IMG/VR virus record: IMGVR_UViG_3300032279_000322
Span: 1 to 25,177 of that record
Source of the DNA: a virus
Taxonomy: Duplodnaviria > Caudoviricetes
Length of the DNA: 25,177 nt
Direction: 5' to 3' (one strand)
A model generated the notes under the pieces. It had not been told where the DNA came from. It saw only the letters and a program-made list of their open reading frames with translations, and did no database searches. Made by a program: the position numbers and the translations under genes. Position 1 is the first letter of the stretch. Each line of letters starts with the position of its first letter. Shown in pieces: positions 24,131-25,177 of the stretch.

Positions 24131-24268
24131 TTGGGTCTGTTTCCTTTTCTTTTAGGTTATTTATAGTATAGGGGGTGGGGCTGACATTTCCCCCGAAGGG
24201 GGGAGAGTTCTTACTTACGACATTGGACTAGATACTCTCCTAAACTGTCCCTGTTTCGTTATTTTATT

Positions 24269-24433
24269 TTACTTGGCTGTCCAAGTTGTGTAGCGAGGTG
24301 TGCCATTTACATCTAACTTAACACGCACATTACCATTTGCTTGTGGTGTGATTTCTTGGATAACGCCTGTTACCTTTGACTTCTGTGTTGTGTAGAGGTC
24401 GCCTACCTTGTATGTTGCTGTTGCTACTGCCAT
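24269..24433 (-). CDS. Small SH3-like beta protein (MAVATATYKVGDLY...)
   Basis: AAGGAG RBS; promoter 24465-24493; an in-frame upstream ATG exists at 24544. Confidence 0.75.
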   Translation of the reverse strand: MAVATATYKVGDLYTTQKSKVTGVIQEITPQANGNVRVKLDVNGTPRYTTWTAK

Positions 24434-24764
24434 TTTGTTTCTCCTTTGTTTGGTTGGTAGATTAAGTATAACATTTCCTACTGACATTTTCAAGTCAAGG
24501 AATAGGTCTGCTATAACTTCTTTTAATCGGCTTGTTTGCTTCATACTATAATAATAGCAAAAAAATGCCATAAATACAAATCGAAAATGTCATAAATCGG
24601 ACATTAAATTGTGATAAACCTCACAAAAATTGTGCGTGTCGTAACTTGACAAATGGGGGTGGGCGGGACGTCCCAAAATTCCAGGGGATCCGCTAGAACC
24701 CACTAGAACCAAGGAGTGCACACATTACTAGTGTTATCATTAATAAATAAAATAAACTTATCAT

Positions 24765-25175
24765 TTATTTTTTACTCGCACTGAATACAATATCACTCTT
24801 AGAGTATACACATAACTTACAAGAAACGCAAGCAGAGCCATTAGTTGAAATTAAAGGAATGCGCTTTGCATTCTCAGGACATTTAGCACCAGGCTTTGAA
24901 GTTAGTGCTTTCATATCTGCTTGACCGTCTGCAAAATTCTTAGCAAGATAGGCTAACTTAATTCCATGTACAGTCTTAAGGCTAATTCCAGTTTCTTTAT
25001 TCTCGCTATCTGTAGAATAATATAAAGATAGATTAGGAATGTTTTTAAGGATGAGTGCTGCAGACTTTACTCGTGTATATACCCAGAATTGAATATCAGT
25101 ATTGTTAAGGATGACAGTCTTCCAGGCATTGGTATAGGTATCATTAAAGAAGTCACCGTCCCAGTGGATACGGAA
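24765..25175 (-). CDS. GP88-like (actinophage gene product 88, radical-SAM-related) protein, 5'-truncated
   Basis: Absent from the track because its start lies outside the window: FRIHWDGDFF...QFWVYTR...NLSLYYSTD...CPE...ACVSCKLC. Confidence 0.75.
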   Translation of the reverse strand, partial: FRIHWDGDFFNDTYTNAWKTVILNNTDIQFWVYTRVKSAALILKNIPNLSLYYSTDSENKETGISLKTVHGIKLAYLAKNFADGQADMKALTSKPGAKCPENAKRIPLISTNGSACVSCKLCVYSKSDIVFSASKK

Positions 25176-25177
25176 TA

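Noticed and set aside
1-25177. Alternative genetic code
   Set aside because: TAA, TAG and TGA all end genes at tight junctions, and no suppressor tRNA is seen.

Overview
An AT-rich (roughly one-third GC, by eye), densely packed segment of a large tailed-phage genome. The host is probably an actinobacterium: there is a WhiB-family gene, FmdB-like and actinobacterial zinc-ribbon genes, a GP88-like gene, DUF932 and many leaderless promoters, and the low GC would fit a freshwater acI-type host (inference). Bases 1-9350 are mainly + strand: endolysin 3' end, thermonuclease, thioredoxin, WhiB, an APS-kinase/HxGH-nucleotidyltransferase fusion, two DUF2061 genes, XapX-like and holin-like genes. Bases 9424-25177 are mainly - strand: tailoring enzymes, five clustered tRNAs plus tRNA-Asp, nucleases, many tiny Cys/His proteins, a ~1.2 kb origin-like region with DnaA boxes, and early-type genes. 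Three things stand out. (1) A candidate phage sulfation pathway: a compact PAPS-synthase-like fusion plus four dispersed sulfotransferase-like paralogs, accompanied by SGNH-like, 2OG-Fe(II) oxygenase and methyltransferase genes. (2) Four intergenic copies of a small H-type RNA pseudoknot whose first stem covaries. (3) Several fixed-spacing regulatory motifs: TGTCAG-N10-TANNNT, CRP boxes, GGGAAAA-N11-TCGTAAT and CGGGACGTC. All family calls come from motif recognition by eye; no searches were run.
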